Of a stretch of DNA of 64,000 nucleotides, positions 9,832-20,224 are shown one piece after another. The stretch is from Chitinophagaceae bacterium (lineage in GTDB: Bacteria; Bacteroidota; Bacteroidia; Chitinophagales; Chitinophagaceae). Below the pieces are notes generated by a model. It was not told the origin of the DNA. It was given only the letters and a program-made list of their open reading frames with translations, and made no database searches. The position numbers and the translations under genes are program-made. The stretch is taken from positions 16,637-80,636 of the forward strand of contig JBGSHM010000002.1 in assembly GCA_041752235.1 (NCBI GenBank), written 5' to 3'. Position 1 is the stretch's first letter. Every line of letters starts with the position of its first letter.

Positions 9832-10838
9832 TTTTGTTTTTTCTTATTTAGGTGAGGCATCAGGATGAAACTGGCAAATCCTCCCAGTAATATGACCGTC
9901 GTTTGCGCCAGCCAGATCAACCAACCAAAGGCAAGTGCCGTGCCTTCATTCAATCCATATACCTGCATGGTCTTCTGCACCAACACGGCATAGGCACCGA
10001 TACCGCCAGGTGTAGCCACCATGCCCACACTTCCTGCACTCAGAATAGAAAAGGCCTCAGGAACGCCGTACTGCATGGTTTCCTTCAACGCGTTAAAACC
10101 TATATATCCACCAATGAAATAAAGAAACCAGATGGCAAAGGTTAGAAACAGGAACTCCCACCGCTTTTTTAAATGCTGAATGGTGCTGATGCCATTCCAA
10201 ATGCGTAAGAGGATCTGTTTTCCCAGATCAATGACATCCTTAATCGTTTTCTTTTTGATCAACATCCAAAGGATGATCACGATCAACACAACACCTATGG
10301 TGATCGATCCAATGACCCAACCTTCAATTTTATTTTCCTGAACACCTCCTTTCGGTGATGAATTAAAAAAAGCATTCATCAGGTCGGAATAGATACCCGG
10401 TTGTAGATACAAGGTGATGCCAAAAACAATCAACAGGCAGAGGAGGTCAATGATCCTTTCGAGAATAACCGTACCGATCAATTTGTCAACAGGCACTTTT
10501 TCGTAGCGAAATAAAAAGGTACACTTGATGAATTCACCCAATCTTGGCAATGCCTGATTGGTGAGGTAACCGATCATAACGGCGAAAAACGTATTTCGAA
10601 TGGAAGGATGATAGCCCATGGGCTGGATCAACAATCTCCACCGGAGTGCCCGAAAGAAATGCGCCAGGATCATGATACCAAAAACCGGGACCATGAGGAG
10701 GTAATTGGCATCCCTGACCGCCGAGCGAATATGGGCCTTATGGTCATCCGTAAGTCCCCGTATGGACCACCAGATCAGAAATATACCCAGTCCGAAAAAA
10801 AACAGGTATTGAAATATGGTGCGCAACCTTTTGTTCAT
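9828..10838 (-). CDS. Lysylphosphatidylglycerol-synthase TM-region / flippase-like (UPF0104) membrane protein
   Basis: 336-aa polytopic membrane ORF with about 8 hydrophobic segments. N-terminus FFFGLGIFLIWWSIRG and the RALRWRLL motif are typical of this family. 4-nt overlap with the downstream gene. Confidence 0.65.
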   Translation of the reverse strand: MNKRLRTIFQYLFFFGLGIFLIWWSIRGLTDDHKAHIRSAVRDANYLLMVPVFGIMILAHFFRALRWRLLIQPMGYHPSIRNTFFAVMIGYLTNQALPRLGEFIKCTFLFRYEKVPVDKLIGTVILERIIDLLCLLIVFGITLYLQPGIYSDLMNAFFNSSPKGGVQENKIEGWVIGSITIGVVLIVIILWMLIKKKTIKDVIDLGKQILLRIWNGISTIQHLKKRWEFLFLTFAIWFLYFIGGYIGFNALKETMQYGVPEAFSILSAGSVGMVATPGGIGAYAVLVQKTMQVYGLNEGTALAFGWLIWLAQTTVILLGGFASFILMPHLNKKKQK

Positions 10839-10847
10839 GGGGTGGGA

Positions 10848-11192
10848 TTAAACCTTATTTCCCTCTTTCGGAAACAATAACCAGGGTTTGAATTGCCTGG
10901 CCTCTTCAAAATCCATCAAAGCATAGGAGATCACGACGACAATATCCCCAACAGCGCCTTTTCGCGCAGCCGGTCCATTGAGGCAACACACCCCCGAACC
11001 TCTTTTTCCCCGGATGACATAGGTCTCTAATCTTTCTCCATTGTTCACATTCACTACCTGCACTTTTTCATTTTCAATGATATGGGCGGCGTCCATCATA
11101 TCTTCATCCAGGGTGAGGCTACCCACATAATTCAAATTGGCTTCGGTGATCACAGCACGGTGGATCTTCGATTTCAGCACTTGTATCTGCAT
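10848..11192 (-). CDS. panD: Aspartate 1-decarboxylase
   Basis: [36 protein letters not shown] contains the G-S self-cleavage site. The start is taken at ATG 11192; the 18 upstream codons of the track ORF would overlap panC. Confidence 0.9.
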   Translation of the reverse strand: MQIQVLKSKIHRAVITEANLNYVGSLTLDEDMMDAAHIIENEKVQVVNVNNGERLETYVIRGKRGSGVCCLNGPAARKGAVGDIVVVISYALMDFEEARQFKPWLLFPKEGNKV

Positions 11193-11220
11193 AAGGAACA
11201 AAATTAAGAATAATTCGTAA

Positions 11221-12084
11221 TCAACTACTTGAGCCCGGGATAACAAGGTTGTCGATCAAACGCACCTCTCCCAGAAAAACCGCAGCCAGGGCTACAAGGT
11301 CAGTTTTACCGTTCCAGACTCCAATCGGCGCCAATGTCTTTGCATCGGCCACTTCAAAATAATCAATGCGAAAGCCCTGTTGGCGAAGATCATTCGCTAT
11401 TTCGTTAACCAATGAAGTGGTATCACCCGGTTCCATTTGTTGTTTGATCCTTAGTAATCCGCTCTGGATCGCCGCCGCCCGCTGTCTTTCTTCCTCATTT
11501 AATCTCCGGTTACGGCTGCTCATCGCCAATCCATTTGGCTCCCGAAGGGTAGGACAGAGCTGAAGTTCGATCTCATTGCGGCCGGTGATGACCAACATGC
11601 GGGCAATCACCATACATTGTTGATAATCCTTTTGGCCAAGATAAAGTAGATCGGGGTTTATGGCAGAAACCAGAATATCCACTACCTGGCAAACCCCCTG
11701 AAAATGACCAGGCCTGAATTTACCTTCATAGACCTTTTCCAGAAAGCCGAGGTCATAGGATTTCAGGTCATTTGTTCCGGATGGGTAGATTTCAGCCCGG
11801 GCGGGAAGAAACAAAACATCACACCCTTCCTGTTCCAACATACGGATATCCTGACCAAGCGTGATGGGGTACTTATCATAGTCTGCCGGATCATTGAACT
11901 GGGTGGGGTTGACAAAAATGCTGCAAACCGTTAGGTCAACCTCTTCCCGGGATTTGCGAATCAGCGACATATGTCCCTCGTGAAGGGCCCCCATGGTTGG
12001 TACAAACCCGATCTTTTTACCCCTTTTTCGGTGACTGGAAAGGTGGCTTTCCAGGTCCCGGATATGTTTCAAAATGATCATCAT
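11221..12084 (-). CDS. panC: Pantoate--beta-alanine ligase
   Basis: [17 protein letters not shown] (HxGH), [18 protein letters not shown]. Confidence 0.92.
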   Translation of the reverse strand: MMIILKHIRDLESHLSSHRKRGKKIGFVPTMGALHEGHMSLIRKSREEVDLTVCSIFVNPTQFNDPADYDKYPITLGQDIRMLEQEGCDVLFLPARAEIYPSGTNDLKSYDLGFLEKVYEGKFRPGHFQGVCQVVDILVSAINPDLLYLGQKDYQQCMVIARMLVITGRNEIELQLCPTLREPNGLAMSSRNRRLNEEERQRAAAIQSGLLRIKQQMEPGDTTSLVNEIANDLRQQGFRIDYFEVADAKTLAPIGVWNGKTDLVALAAVFLGEVRLIDNLVIPGSSS

Positions 12085-12141
12085 GTAGTATAGAATGGTG
12101 GTTCTTAAGCTCCCTTATCCCGCAATTAGCGAGAATTTAAT

Positions 12142-12149
12142 TAACTTTG
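12142..12149 (+). promoter_or_regulatory. Candidate Bacteroidota -7 promoter box (TAACTTTG)
   Basis: Matches the TAnnTTTG consensus and lies 58 nt upstream of ATG 12207, in the divergent panC/glgA-like spacer. Confidence 0.4.
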
Positions 12150-12206
12150 CGGCTTTCTGTGCAACAAGTAAGCTCATTCAGGCGGATTAATCAAACAGCG
12201 TAAAAC

Positions 12207-13022
12207 ATGTCAGCAAAGAAAAGAATTTTATTTATTGCCAGCGAGATGTCTCCGTACCTCGAATTCACCGAATTCTCGGAAACGGTCAACAAATTGGCAA
12301 TAAAAGCGAATGATAATGGATATGAGGTGCGCTGTATCATGCCCCGTTTTGGGGTGATCAATGAACGCCGGCACCGCCTTCATGAAGTGGTGAGGCTCTC
12401 CGGGATCAATATCTCGATCGAAAATGACGACCTGCCGCTACAGATCAAAGTCGCTTCCCTGCCCAATGCCCGTTTGCAAGTGTATTTTCTGGATAATGAG
12501 GACCTGTTCAAGCGGAAGTATATTTATCATGATGAGCAGGAAAAATGGTATCCCGACAATGACATTCGAACTGTTTTCTTCTGTAAGGGTGCCCTCGAAA
12601 CCGTGAAAAAATTTGGATGGCCTCCCGACCTGATCCATTGCAGTGGCTGGATGACTGGTCTGGTGCCTGCCTTTCTTAAAACCGTTTACAAAAAAGAACC
12701 CGTATTCGCCCATAGCAAAGTGATCTATACCATCGGTCGGAATACGTTCAAGGAAAAACTGGGTCCCGGTCTCCTCAAAAAGGCCCTGATCCATGCGAAT
12801 ATCAAGGAAAAAGACCTGGAAATGTATAAGGACGGTACCAATTCAGCCCTTTTCAGAGGGGGTGCCACCTATGCTGACGCCATCACTTTTGGGGATGAAA
12901 AGATCGATAAGAAGTTGGTCGAGGAATTCACCAAAGTGAAAGGAAAGAAAACACTGTTATATAATGCAGAGTCTGATTTAACAGACTATTTGCAATTGTA
13001 TGGCGACCTTGCAGGCAAGTAA
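12207..13022 (+). CDS. Short glycogen/starch synthase-like protein (N-terminal GT5 domain only)
   Basis: KRILFIASEMSPYLE... and IHCSGWMTGLVPAFLK match the N-terminal Rossmann half of GlgA. At 271 aa it lacks the C-terminal GT1 half. Confidence 0.75.
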   Translation: MSAKKRILFIASEMSPYLEFTEFSETVNKLAIKANDNGYEVRCIMPRFGVINERRHRLHEVVRLSGINISIENDDLPLQIKVASLPNARLQVYFLDNEDLFKRKYIYHDEQEKWYPDNDIRTVFFCKGALETVKKFGWPPDLIHCSGWMTGLVPAFLKTVYKKEPVFAHSKVIYTIGRNTFKEKLGPGLLKKALIHANIKEKDLEMYKDGTNSALFRGGATYADAITFGDEKIDKKLVEEFTKVKGKKTLLYNAESDLTDYLQLYGDLAGK

Positions 13023-14550
13023 ACATCAACCTCAATTTATACCGGTAAATAATTATAACCCCGTGAAGAACAAGCATCTGGTCCTTTTTTTCCTAATTGT
13101 TTCCCTGCTTTCCGGCGTCACCATCTTTACCGCGTGTAAAAGGATCAATGCCTTTACGGATATCGGATCGGGGCTTATCCCGGCGGTGGATAATATCAAC
13201 ACCTTTGATACAGTTCTGAATGTAGAGGCCTATAATGGTATTTTCGGCGACAATGAAGATTCGATCCGGATGCTCTCTTCCGAGATACATTTTCTGGGCC
13301 AGATCACAAATGATCCCTTTTTTGGCAAGACTGATGCCCGGATCTACCTCCAACTCAAACCAACCCTGTTTCCCCATGCTTTTGCCCGGGCAGATAGCCT
13401 GACCATTGACTCTGTGGTATTGGTCATGGATTATAAAGGTGCCTATGGAGATAGCACGATCCATCAGACCATCAATGTCTACGAGATCGCGAATATCCCA
13501 ACGAATGTTTTCAGAGCCGATTCGAACTACCTCGTTAAATCCACCAATTTTGTCAATGGTGACCTCTTGGGTTCCAGGACGATTATACCGCAAAACCTAA
13601 AGGACTCCGTTAAGGCCTATAAGGATACCACAGTCAGCCAACTCCGTGTCCGGTTGTCGGACCTTTTTGGCCAGCGTATGTTGGATTATGACTCAACTGC
13701 AGGAGGCGCCTATAAAAGTGACTCATTGCTAAACACCTTTTTTAAAGGGTTTGCCATTGAATCTGCCGCCGGATCGGGAAATGCCCTGATGGCCTTTGCT
13801 CTTTCCAATGCGCCAAACACTAAACTGGCCTTTTATTATCGGTATCCAAAGAATGGCCAGCCAGATACAACGGTCAGTTATTTTACATTTTCACCTTTTA
13901 GCATATTCTCTTCCATAGGCTGTGCTTCTCATAATTATGTGAAGCGTGACTTTACAGGTTCTCCTTTGGAAGCCGATGCCAACACGCCTGCTCCGGATGA
14001 TTTTGTTTACCTGATCAATTCACCCGGATCCTATGCCAGGATCAAAGTCCCTGGTCTTCAAAACGTTAGCAACCGATTGGTCCATCGCGCAGAACTCGTG
14101 GCCGAACAGATTTACGATCCCAGTGATGATATTTTCTTTGCCCCCGAATCGATCTGGATGGATGCCTATGACTCCAGCATCAGTAGTTACCGGGTCATTC
14201 CGTACGATCTGTTCCCAGGTGGTAGTGGTACCCTGAACCTGGCTTCTTTTGGCTCCTATGGGAACACCGTTCCCGATGGATCGGGTAAAGAAGTGGCCCG
14301 CTGGAGCTTTGACCTAACCCGTTATGTACAAAAGATCGTCACAGAAGGGCAGAAGGTCATGGATTTCAGGATGATGTCCCACCGATACAGTACGGACTCT
14401 ATCCGTCTCAATAACTTTGATAATTCAGGCAATTTTACCACCTATGTTCAAACCCTCAACAACAACTATGTTACGGGCAGGGTTAGACTGGGTGGTACAG
14501 CCCATCCCACCCGGCGGATGAAACTGCGGATCATCTACTCTAAAATTTAG
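13000..14550 (+). CDS. DUF4270-like lipoprotein
   Basis: Lipobox LLSGVTIFTAC. Its position directly after the short glgA-like gene is the synteny I recall for DUF4270 in Bacteroidota. The true start may be GTG 13063 rather than 13000. Confidence 0.55.
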   Translation: MATLQASKHQPQFIPVNNYNPVKNKHLVLFFLIVSLLSGVTIFTACKRINAFTDIGSGLIPAVDNINTFDTVLNVEAYNGIFGDNEDSIRMLSSEIHFLGQITNDPFFGKTDARIYLQLKPTLFPHAFARADSLTIDSVVLVMDYKGAYGDSTIHQTINVYEIANIPTNVFRADSNYLVKSTNFVNGDLLGSRTIIPQNLKDSVKAYKDTTVSQLRVRLSDLFGQRMLDYDSTAGGAYKSDSLLNTFFKGFAIESAAGSGNALMAFALSNAPNTKLAFYYRYPKNGQPDTTVSYFTFSPFSIFSSIGCASHNYVKRDFTGSPLEADANTPAPDDFVYLINSPGSYARIKVPGLQNVSNRLVHRAELVAEQIYDPSDDIFFAPESIWMDAYDSSISSYRVIPYDLFPGGSGTLNLASFGSYGNTVPDGSGKEVARWSFDLTRYVQKIVTEGQKVMDFRMMSHRYSTDSIRLNNFDNSGNFTTYVQTLNNNYVTGRVRLGGTAHPTRRMKLRIIYSKI

Positions 14551-14585
14551 TCTGGACTTCATTGGTAAAGTATCAAATGGGCGAT

Positions 14586-14593
14586 TATCTTTG
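14586..14593 (+). promoter_or_regulatory. Candidate -7 promoter box (TATCTTTG) for metK
   Basis: TAnnTTTG match 37 nt upstream of ATG 14630. Confidence 0.45.
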
Positions 14594-14629
14594 CGCCCAA
14601 ACCTTTTTGCTTAATCACAATTAACAAAC

Positions 14630-15910
14630 ATGCCCTATCTCTTTACCTCTGAAAGTGTTTCAGAAGGTCATCCTGACAAAGTTGCCGACCAGATTTCCGA
14701 TGCCCTGATCGATAATTTCCTGGCTTATGACGCACAGTCTAAAGTCGCTTGCGAAACGCTTGTAACAACCGGACAGGTTGTATTGGCCGGAGAGGTGAAA
14801 TCGAAAACCTACCTGGATGTTCAGGACATTGCCCGTGAAGTGATCCGTAATATCGGGTACACCAAGGCTGAATACATGTTCGAAGCCAACTCCTGTGGTA
14901 TCTTCTCTGCCATTCATGAGCAAAGTGCCGATATCAACCGGGGTGTTGACCGTACCGTAAAGAAATTGAGCTTTGAAGCCAAAGCCAATGCACAGGGTGC
15001 CGGCGACCAGGGTATGATGTTTGGTTATGCTACCATGGAGACGGACAACTATATGCCGCTGGCTCTTGACCTGGCCCATAAGATCCTCCAGGAATTGTCC
15101 AAAACCCGTCGCGCCGGAAAAGAACTGAAATACCTTCGTCCCGATGCCAAAAGCCAGGTGACCATCGAATACGATGACAATAACCAACCCGTGCGTATTG
15201 ATACCATTGTGGTATCTACTCAGCATGATGATTTCGGAACCGATAAACAAATGCTGGATCAGATCCGCAAAGACATTATCGAGGTCATCATCCCCCGTGT
15301 AAAAAAACAATTAAAGCCATCACTGCGTAAATTATTCAACGATAAGATCACCTATCACATCAACCCCACCGGCAAATTTGTAATTGGAGGGCCTCATGGA
15401 GATACCGGTCTTACCGGAAGAAAGATCATCGTAGATACCTATGGTGGAAAAGGTGCCCACGGTGGTGGTGCCTTTAGTGGTAAAGATCCTTCTAAAGTAG
15501 ATCGTTCAGCCGCCTACGCTACCCGTCATATTGCCAAGAACCTGGTAGCTGCCGGACTGTGTGATGAAGTTCTGGTCCAGGTTTCCTATGCCATTGGTGT
15601 AGCTAAGCCTTGTGGACTGTATGTAAACACGTATGGCACGGCCAAAGTGGATATTAGCGATGGAGAGATCGCGCGCAAAGTAGAAGAGATCTTCGACATG
15701 CGTCCCTATGCTATCGAACAACGCCTCAAATTGCGTAACCCCATCTACAGCGAAACAGCCGCCTATGGTCACATGGGCCGTGAGCCAAAAGAGGTTGTTA
15801 AGACCTTCAACAAAGGCAAAGACAATGAGAAGAAAGTAACCGTTGAGCTGTTTACCTGGGAGAAATTGGATTATGTAAGCAAAGTGAAAAGGGCTTTTGG
15901 TTTGAAATAA
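14630..15910 (+). CDS. metK: S-adenosylmethionine synthetase
   Basis: [51 protein letters not shown]. Confidence 0.97.
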   Translation: MPYLFTSESVSEGHPDKVADQISDALIDNFLAYDAQSKVACETLVTTGQVVLAGEVKSKTYLDVQDIAREVIRNIGYTKAEYMFEANSCGIFSAIHEQSADINRGVDRTVKKLSFEAKANAQGAGDQGMMFGYATMETDNYMPLALDLAHKILQELSKTRRAGKELKYLRPDAKSQVTIEYDDNNQPVRIDTIVVSTQHDDFGTDKQMLDQIRKDIIEVIIPRVKKQLKPSLRKLFNDKITYHINPTGKFVIGGPHGDTGLTGRKIIVDTYGGKGAHGGGAFSGKDPSKVDRSAAYATRHIAKNLVAAGLCDEVLVQVSYAIGVAKPCGLYVNTYGTAKVDISDGEIARKVEEIFDMRPYAIEQRLKLRNPIYSETAAYGHMGREPKEVVKTFNKGKDNEKKVTVELFTWEKLDYVSKVKRAFGLK

Positions 15911-15964
15911 GTCCGGCGGTTTTTTCAACGCTTTTTACGACAAAAAGAAGTTTATAAAGAAAGA

Positions 15965-15989
15965 CCTCTCCATACCGGGGAGGTTTTTT
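15965..15989 (+). terminator. Rho-independent terminator after metK
   Basis: CCTCTCC-atacc-GGGGAGG stem (one G-U pair) followed by TTTTTT. Confidence 0.6.
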
Positions 15990-16000
15990 AATTTCACAGC

Positions 16001-16558
16001 ATGGAATCCACCAACCCCTGGACGATTTTGGGTGAAAAACCCATCTATGAGAATCCCTGGATCAAGGTGACGGAGTATGATGTATTGAACCCCAATGGAG
16101 GGAAAGGGATCTATGGAAAAGTGCATTTCCAAAACATCGCCATTGGTGTATTGCCTTTGGATGAGGAAGGGAACACTTATCTTGTTGGACAATACCGTTT
16201 CACCCTCAATCAGTATAGCTGGGAAATACCCGAAGGCGGTGGAGCCATGGGAGTGGATCCTCTGGAATCCGCGAAACGCGAACTAAAGGAGGAGACCGGA
16301 ATGGAAGCATTGGCCTGGCAAAAGATACTGACCATGCACCTTTCCAATTCCTGTTCCGATGAGATCAGTGAGGTCTTCCTCGCCCGTGATCTGAAACAAG
16401 GGGAGGCCATGCCGGAGGAAACAGAACAATTGATGGTTAAAAAACTGCCCTTTGACGAGGCCTTTGCCATGGTGGAAAGGGGAGAGATCACAGATGCCAT
16501 TTCGGTGGCCGCAATTATTAAGGTTAAACTCATGTTACTGAATGGAGAGATCGGATAA
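16001..16558 (+). CDS. NUDIX hydrolase (ADP-ribose pyrophosphatase-like)
   Basis: Nudix box GGGAMGVDPLESAKRELKEETGM. Confidence 0.85.
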   Translation: MESTNPWTILGEKPIYENPWIKVTEYDVLNPNGGKGIYGKVHFQNIAIGVLPLDEEGNTYLVGQYRFTLNQYSWEIPEGGGAMGVDPLESAKRELKEETGMEALAWQKILTMHLSNSCSDEISEVFLARDLKQGEAMPEETEQLMVKKLPFDEAFAMVERGEITDAISVAAIIKVKLMLLNGEIG

Positions 16559-17306
16559 ACGACAAAGACCCAAGAAATCCTCGCTGGTATTAGGAAGACA
16601 ACCGCTGGTGGAAGCCATCCGGTCGGGAAAAGCCATTGATAAAATACTGATGCAAAAAAATGCATCAGGTGACTCTATAGCATTGATCCGGGAATTGGCG
16701 TGGGATCACCAGGTACCAATTCAATATGTGCCGCCAGAGAAATTGAATAGCATCAGCCGGGGAAACCACCAAGGCGTGATCGCGTTTACCGCGGCTATAC
16801 AATACCTCGAATTACAGCAAGTGATCAGTTTTGTGGTGGAGAAAGGGGAGACCCCATTGTTCCTCTTATTGGATGGCATCACCGATGTGCGAAATATCGG
16901 AGCCATTGCACGCACCGCCCTTTGCATGGGTGTACAGGCGCTTGTGATACCCGATAAAGGGGTGGCACCCTTGCAGGAAGATGCAATTAAAGCATCTGCC
17001 GGGGCACTTGAGTCGATCTTTGTTTGCCGGGTCAACAGCCTGATGAAAGCCGTGGATGAATTGCACCTGAATGGTATCCGTGTTTTTGCCAGTGAAATGA
17101 CCGCGGAGAAAACATTGTTTGAATGTGATTTCCGGGAACCTTGTGCCATCGTCATGGGTGGAGAGGAAAAGGGCGTCTATCCGGCCCTCATGAAGATATG
17201 CGATGAGACCATGAAAATACCCATGGTAGGAGATTTTGAAAGCCTCAATGTATCGGTTGCGGCCGGAATGATCCTCTATGAAGCCTTTAAACAACGTTTA
17301 CCTTGA
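16542..17306 (+). CDS. rlmB: 23S rRNA (guanosine-2'-O-)-methyltransferase RlmB (SpoU/TrmH family)
   Basis: SpoU_sub_bind-like N-terminus (GRQPLVEAIRSGKAIDKILM), and TrmH motifs NIGAIARTA, GGEEKGV, SLNVSVAAGMILYE. Confidence 0.85.
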   Translation: MERSDKRQRPKKSSLVLGRQPLVEAIRSGKAIDKILMQKNASGDSIALIRELAWDHQVPIQYVPPEKLNSISRGNHQGVIAFTAAIQYLELQQVISFVVEKGETPLFLLLDGITDVRNIGAIARTALCMGVQALVIPDKGVAPLQEDAIKASAGALESIFVCRVNSLMKAVDELHLNGIRVFASEMTAEKTLFECDFREPCAIVMGGEEKGVYPALMKICDETMKIPMVGDFESLNVSVAAGMILYEAFKQRLP

Positions 17307-18163
17307 TCGAACAACGTATCCATCTGGTTGAATGTCCGCGCGACGCCATGCAGGGATGGAAGAAACCGATCCCAACAGAAAAAAAACGGGCCTACCTGAA
17401 TCAACTGCTAAAAGTAGGATTTCATACACTTGATTTTGGGAGTTTTGTTTCTCCCAAGGCCATTCCTCAAATGGCAGATACAGCCCAGGTTGTCGCTGGA
17501 TTGGATAAAACGGGTTCGCCTACCCAATTGCTCGCCATCATTGCCAACCTGCGGGGAGCAGAACAAGCCGCCTCCTTTGATCAGATCGATTTGCTTGGTT
17601 TTCCTTTTTCCGTTTCAGAAACATTTCAGCAAAGAAATACCCAGGCAAGCATGGAAACGGCCATTGAGCGGGTAGCTGATATTCAAAATCTATGTGTGGA
17701 AAAAGGGAAAGAACTCGTAGTGTATATATCCATGGGTTTTGGGAATCCTTATGGTGACCCTTATGATGAGGACATTGTATTTGAGTGGGTGAACCGGCTT
17801 GTTGGCATGGATATCGGCATCATTTCGTTGGCGGATACCGTAGGAATGGCCACTCCAGAACAAGTATATGATATGACCGGTTATCTCGTGGAGTCTTTTC
17901 CCGGAACGGAAATTGGCGTTCACCTGCATTCACGACCCGATAACTGGAAAGAAAAACTGGAAGCTGCCTGGAAAGCAGGCTGTCGGCGCTTTGATGGCGC
18001 TATAAAAGGCATCGGCGGTTGTCCCATGGCCGATGACGAATTGGTCGGAAATTTGGACACCTTGAATATGGTCTCCTACTTTCGGGAAAAAGGAGTGCCA
18101 ATGGGAATAGATCAACAGCTTTTGTTGGATTGTCTGCCCCTGGCAGAAGATATCTTTCAGTAA
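17303..18163 (+). CDS. Hydroxymethylglutaryl-CoA lyase
   Basis: ECPRDAMQG (the EVGPRDGLQ-type motif), LADTVGMATP, HLHSRPD. A TTG start is needed to include the catalytic N-terminus. Confidence 0.85.
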   Translation: MIEQRIHLVECPRDAMQGWKKPIPTEKKRAYLNQLLKVGFHTLDFGSFVSPKAIPQMADTAQVVAGLDKTGSPTQLLAIIANLRGAEQAASFDQIDLLGFPFSVSETFQQRNTQASMETAIERVADIQNLCVEKGKELVVYISMGFGNPYGDPYDEDIVFEWVNRLVGMDIGIISLADTVGMATPEQVYDMTGYLVESFPGTEIGVHLHSRPDNWKEKLEAAWKAGCRRFDGAIKGIGGCPMADDELVGNLDTLNMVSYFREKGVPMGIDQQLLLDCLPLAEDIFQ

Positions 18164-18199
18164 ACCGGAACAGGAACGGGTAAAAAGCAGCCAAATCAC

Positions 18200-19201
18200 A
18201 TGCAATTTCAACTCGATATTCAGATCAAAAAGCCGGAGGAACAGATTCGGTATGGGCAAAAGATCATGCTCATGGGATCCTGCTTTACCGAACATATCGG
18301 AAAGGCTTTACAGGAGTTGAAGTTTGAGGTGATGCAAAATCCACATGGCATACTTTTCGATCCAGCCAGTGTTTGTCATAGCCTTTTGTCTTATGCAGAA
18401 GGAAAAAAGTACACAGAAAATGATCTGTTTTATCTGAATGAGGTTTGGGCCACCTGGCACCATCATTCCCGTTTCTCCCATTTGCAACAGAAAGAATGTC
18501 TTGAACAGATCAATCATTCCCAGGAAAAGGCACATGACTTTCTACGGCAGGCAGATTGGTTGATCATCACACTCGGTTCTTCATTTAGTTACCGACTAAC
18601 TGATCAGGCAGATAAGGCTTCTTTATCAACAGGCTCAGCCGTAGCCAATTGTCACCGGGCACCTGGGCAATGGTTTCAGAAACATTTGATGGAGATAGCA
18701 GAAACCATGGCGTTACTCGATCAATTGATCCACCGACTACGCGCCTTCAATCCGAATTTAAAATTGATCTTCACCATTAGCCCGGTGAGGCATATTCGCG
18801 ATGGTGTAGTTGAAAACAATCGTAGTAAAGCAAGGCTATTGGAATCCGTTCATCAATTGGTTAATAAATTTGACAGATCCTGGTATTTTCCGGCCTACGA
18901 ACTCGTAATCGATGTATTGAGGGATTATCGGTTTTATGATATTGATATGGTCCATCCCAATTATCCCGCCACACAGTTTGTGATGGAAAAATTCATGGAG
19001 GCGATGGTAGATGAACCCTCCAAATGGCTTAGCCAGGAGATAAGAAAAATTGTAATAGCCAGAAATCATAAAGCCTTTCAAACTGCCACCAAGGCCCACC
19101 AACAATTCTTACAACAACACCTGCAACTGGCGCAGGACTTACAAGCGAAATATCCAGTGGTGGATTTGAGGGAGGAGATCGAGTACTTTCGTCAGGCTTG
19201 A
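18200..19201 (+). CDS. GSCFA domain-containing protein
   Basis: The name-giving motif is at the N-terminus (IMLMGSCFTEHIG), and the length of about 330 aa fits. Confidence 0.7.
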   Translation: MQFQLDIQIKKPEEQIRYGQKIMLMGSCFTEHIGKALQELKFEVMQNPHGILFDPASVCHSLLSYAEGKKYTENDLFYLNEVWATWHHHSRFSHLQQKECLEQINHSQEKAHDFLRQADWLIITLGSSFSYRLTDQADKASLSTGSAVANCHRAPGQWFQKHLMEIAETMALLDQLIHRLRAFNPNLKLIFTISPVRHIRDGVVENNRSKARLLESVHQLVNKFDRSWYFPAYELVIDVLRDYRFYDIDMVHPNYPATQFVMEKFMEAMVDEPSKWLSQEIRKIVIARNHKAFQTATKAHQQFLQQHLQLAQDLQAKYPVVDLREEIEYFRQA

Positions 19202-20214
19202 GTTTCGTTTATCACTCCATACACCACCCGCTGAAAATACCTCTCCCCCGGTCTCAGCACGGTATTCGAAAAACCAGGTACATTGATGGCATTGGGTTCT
19301 TTCTGGGTTTCAAAACAAAAACCTGTACTGGGACCGAAATATTTTTTTCCATCGAACTCAAGTTCAGGCAATCCGCTTCCGGTATATAGGTGAACAATGG
19401 GGTCATTGGTCCATACCTGTAAAGTGATGCCTGAAACATCCCCCGTGGCTTCGGCGGCCAATTTCAAAGTTCCATCGGCATCCTTGATACAAAAACTTTG
19501 ATCATAACCAGGATAAGCGGAGAAGAGTTCTTTGGTGGTTTGGAAATCATAGGGTGTTCCTTCAACAGATATCCTTCTTCCGTCCGCGACCAGGTGTTCA
19601 TCCTGTCCAAGGTATTTCCCGGCATATATCCGTACCCGATGTTTTCCTATGTTACCTCCACCATTCAAATTGAAATAATCATGGTGTGTGAGGTTGATCA
19701 GGGTAGGAGCATCAGTTTGAGCAAAAGAATCCATGACCAGTTCATTGGACGCTGTAAGTTTATATTCCTGTTCAATGATTAGATTGCCTGGGAAACGTTC
19801 TTCGCCATCCGGGCTTTCATATCGGAAACTGACACTATTCTCCTCTTCATTGATCGATACCACCTCCCATACTTTTTTATCAAACCCTTCAACTCCTCCA
19901 TGCAGGTTATCACTCCCCAGGTTTTGTACCAACTGATAGGATTGACCATCCAACTCAAACCTTCCGTCTTTGATCCGGTTGGCGGTACGACCGATCACTG
20001 CGCCGAGGTAAGGGTAGGAGGCCAGATAGGCTGGTGAGATATAATGCTTCAGGTCTTCAAACCCAAGCACCAGATTGACGCCATTAAATTCCAGGGCGGA
20101 AATGATATTACCGAGATTGGTGATGGTCACACGCATCCCATTCTTATTGGTCAATATGACCTTGTAAATTTCTTTTCCGTTGGGATGGATATAGGCTAAG
20201 GTTTTTTGGATCAT
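19192..20214 (-). CDS. galM: Aldose 1-epimerase (galactose mutarotase)
   Basis: GRTANRIKDGRF, NLHGG, THHDYFNL and FCFETQ are mutarotase motifs. The start is placed at ATG 20214 (MIQKTLAYIH...); the track ORF extension would overlap miaE. Confidence 0.85.
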   Translation of the reverse strand: MIQKTLAYIHPNGKEIYKVILTNKNGMRVTITNLGNIISALEFNGVNLVLGFEDLKHYISPAYLASYPYLGAVIGRTANRIKDGRFELDGQSYQLVQNLGSDNLHGGVEGFDKKVWEVVSINEEENSVSFRYESPDGEERFPGNLIIEQEYKLTASNELVMDSFAQTDAPTLINLTHHDYFNLNGGGNIGKHRVRIYAGKYLGQDEHLVADGRRISVEGTPYDFQTTKELFSAYPGYDQSFCIKDADGTLKLAAEATGDVSGITLQVWTNDPIVHLYTGSGLPELEFDGKKYFGPSTGFCFETQKEPNAINVPGFSNTVLRPGERYFQRVVYGVINETQA

Positions 20215-20224
20215 TTTTTTGGTA

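Noticed and set aside
14551-14629. SAM riboswitch upstream of metK
   Set aside because: Only 79 nt are available, with a promoter-like box at 14586. I could not recognise SAM-I, SAM-II or SAM-IV conserved cores.
14660-15310. 216-aa antisense ORF within metK
   Set aside because: metK on the plus strand is certain. The antisense translation is featureless.
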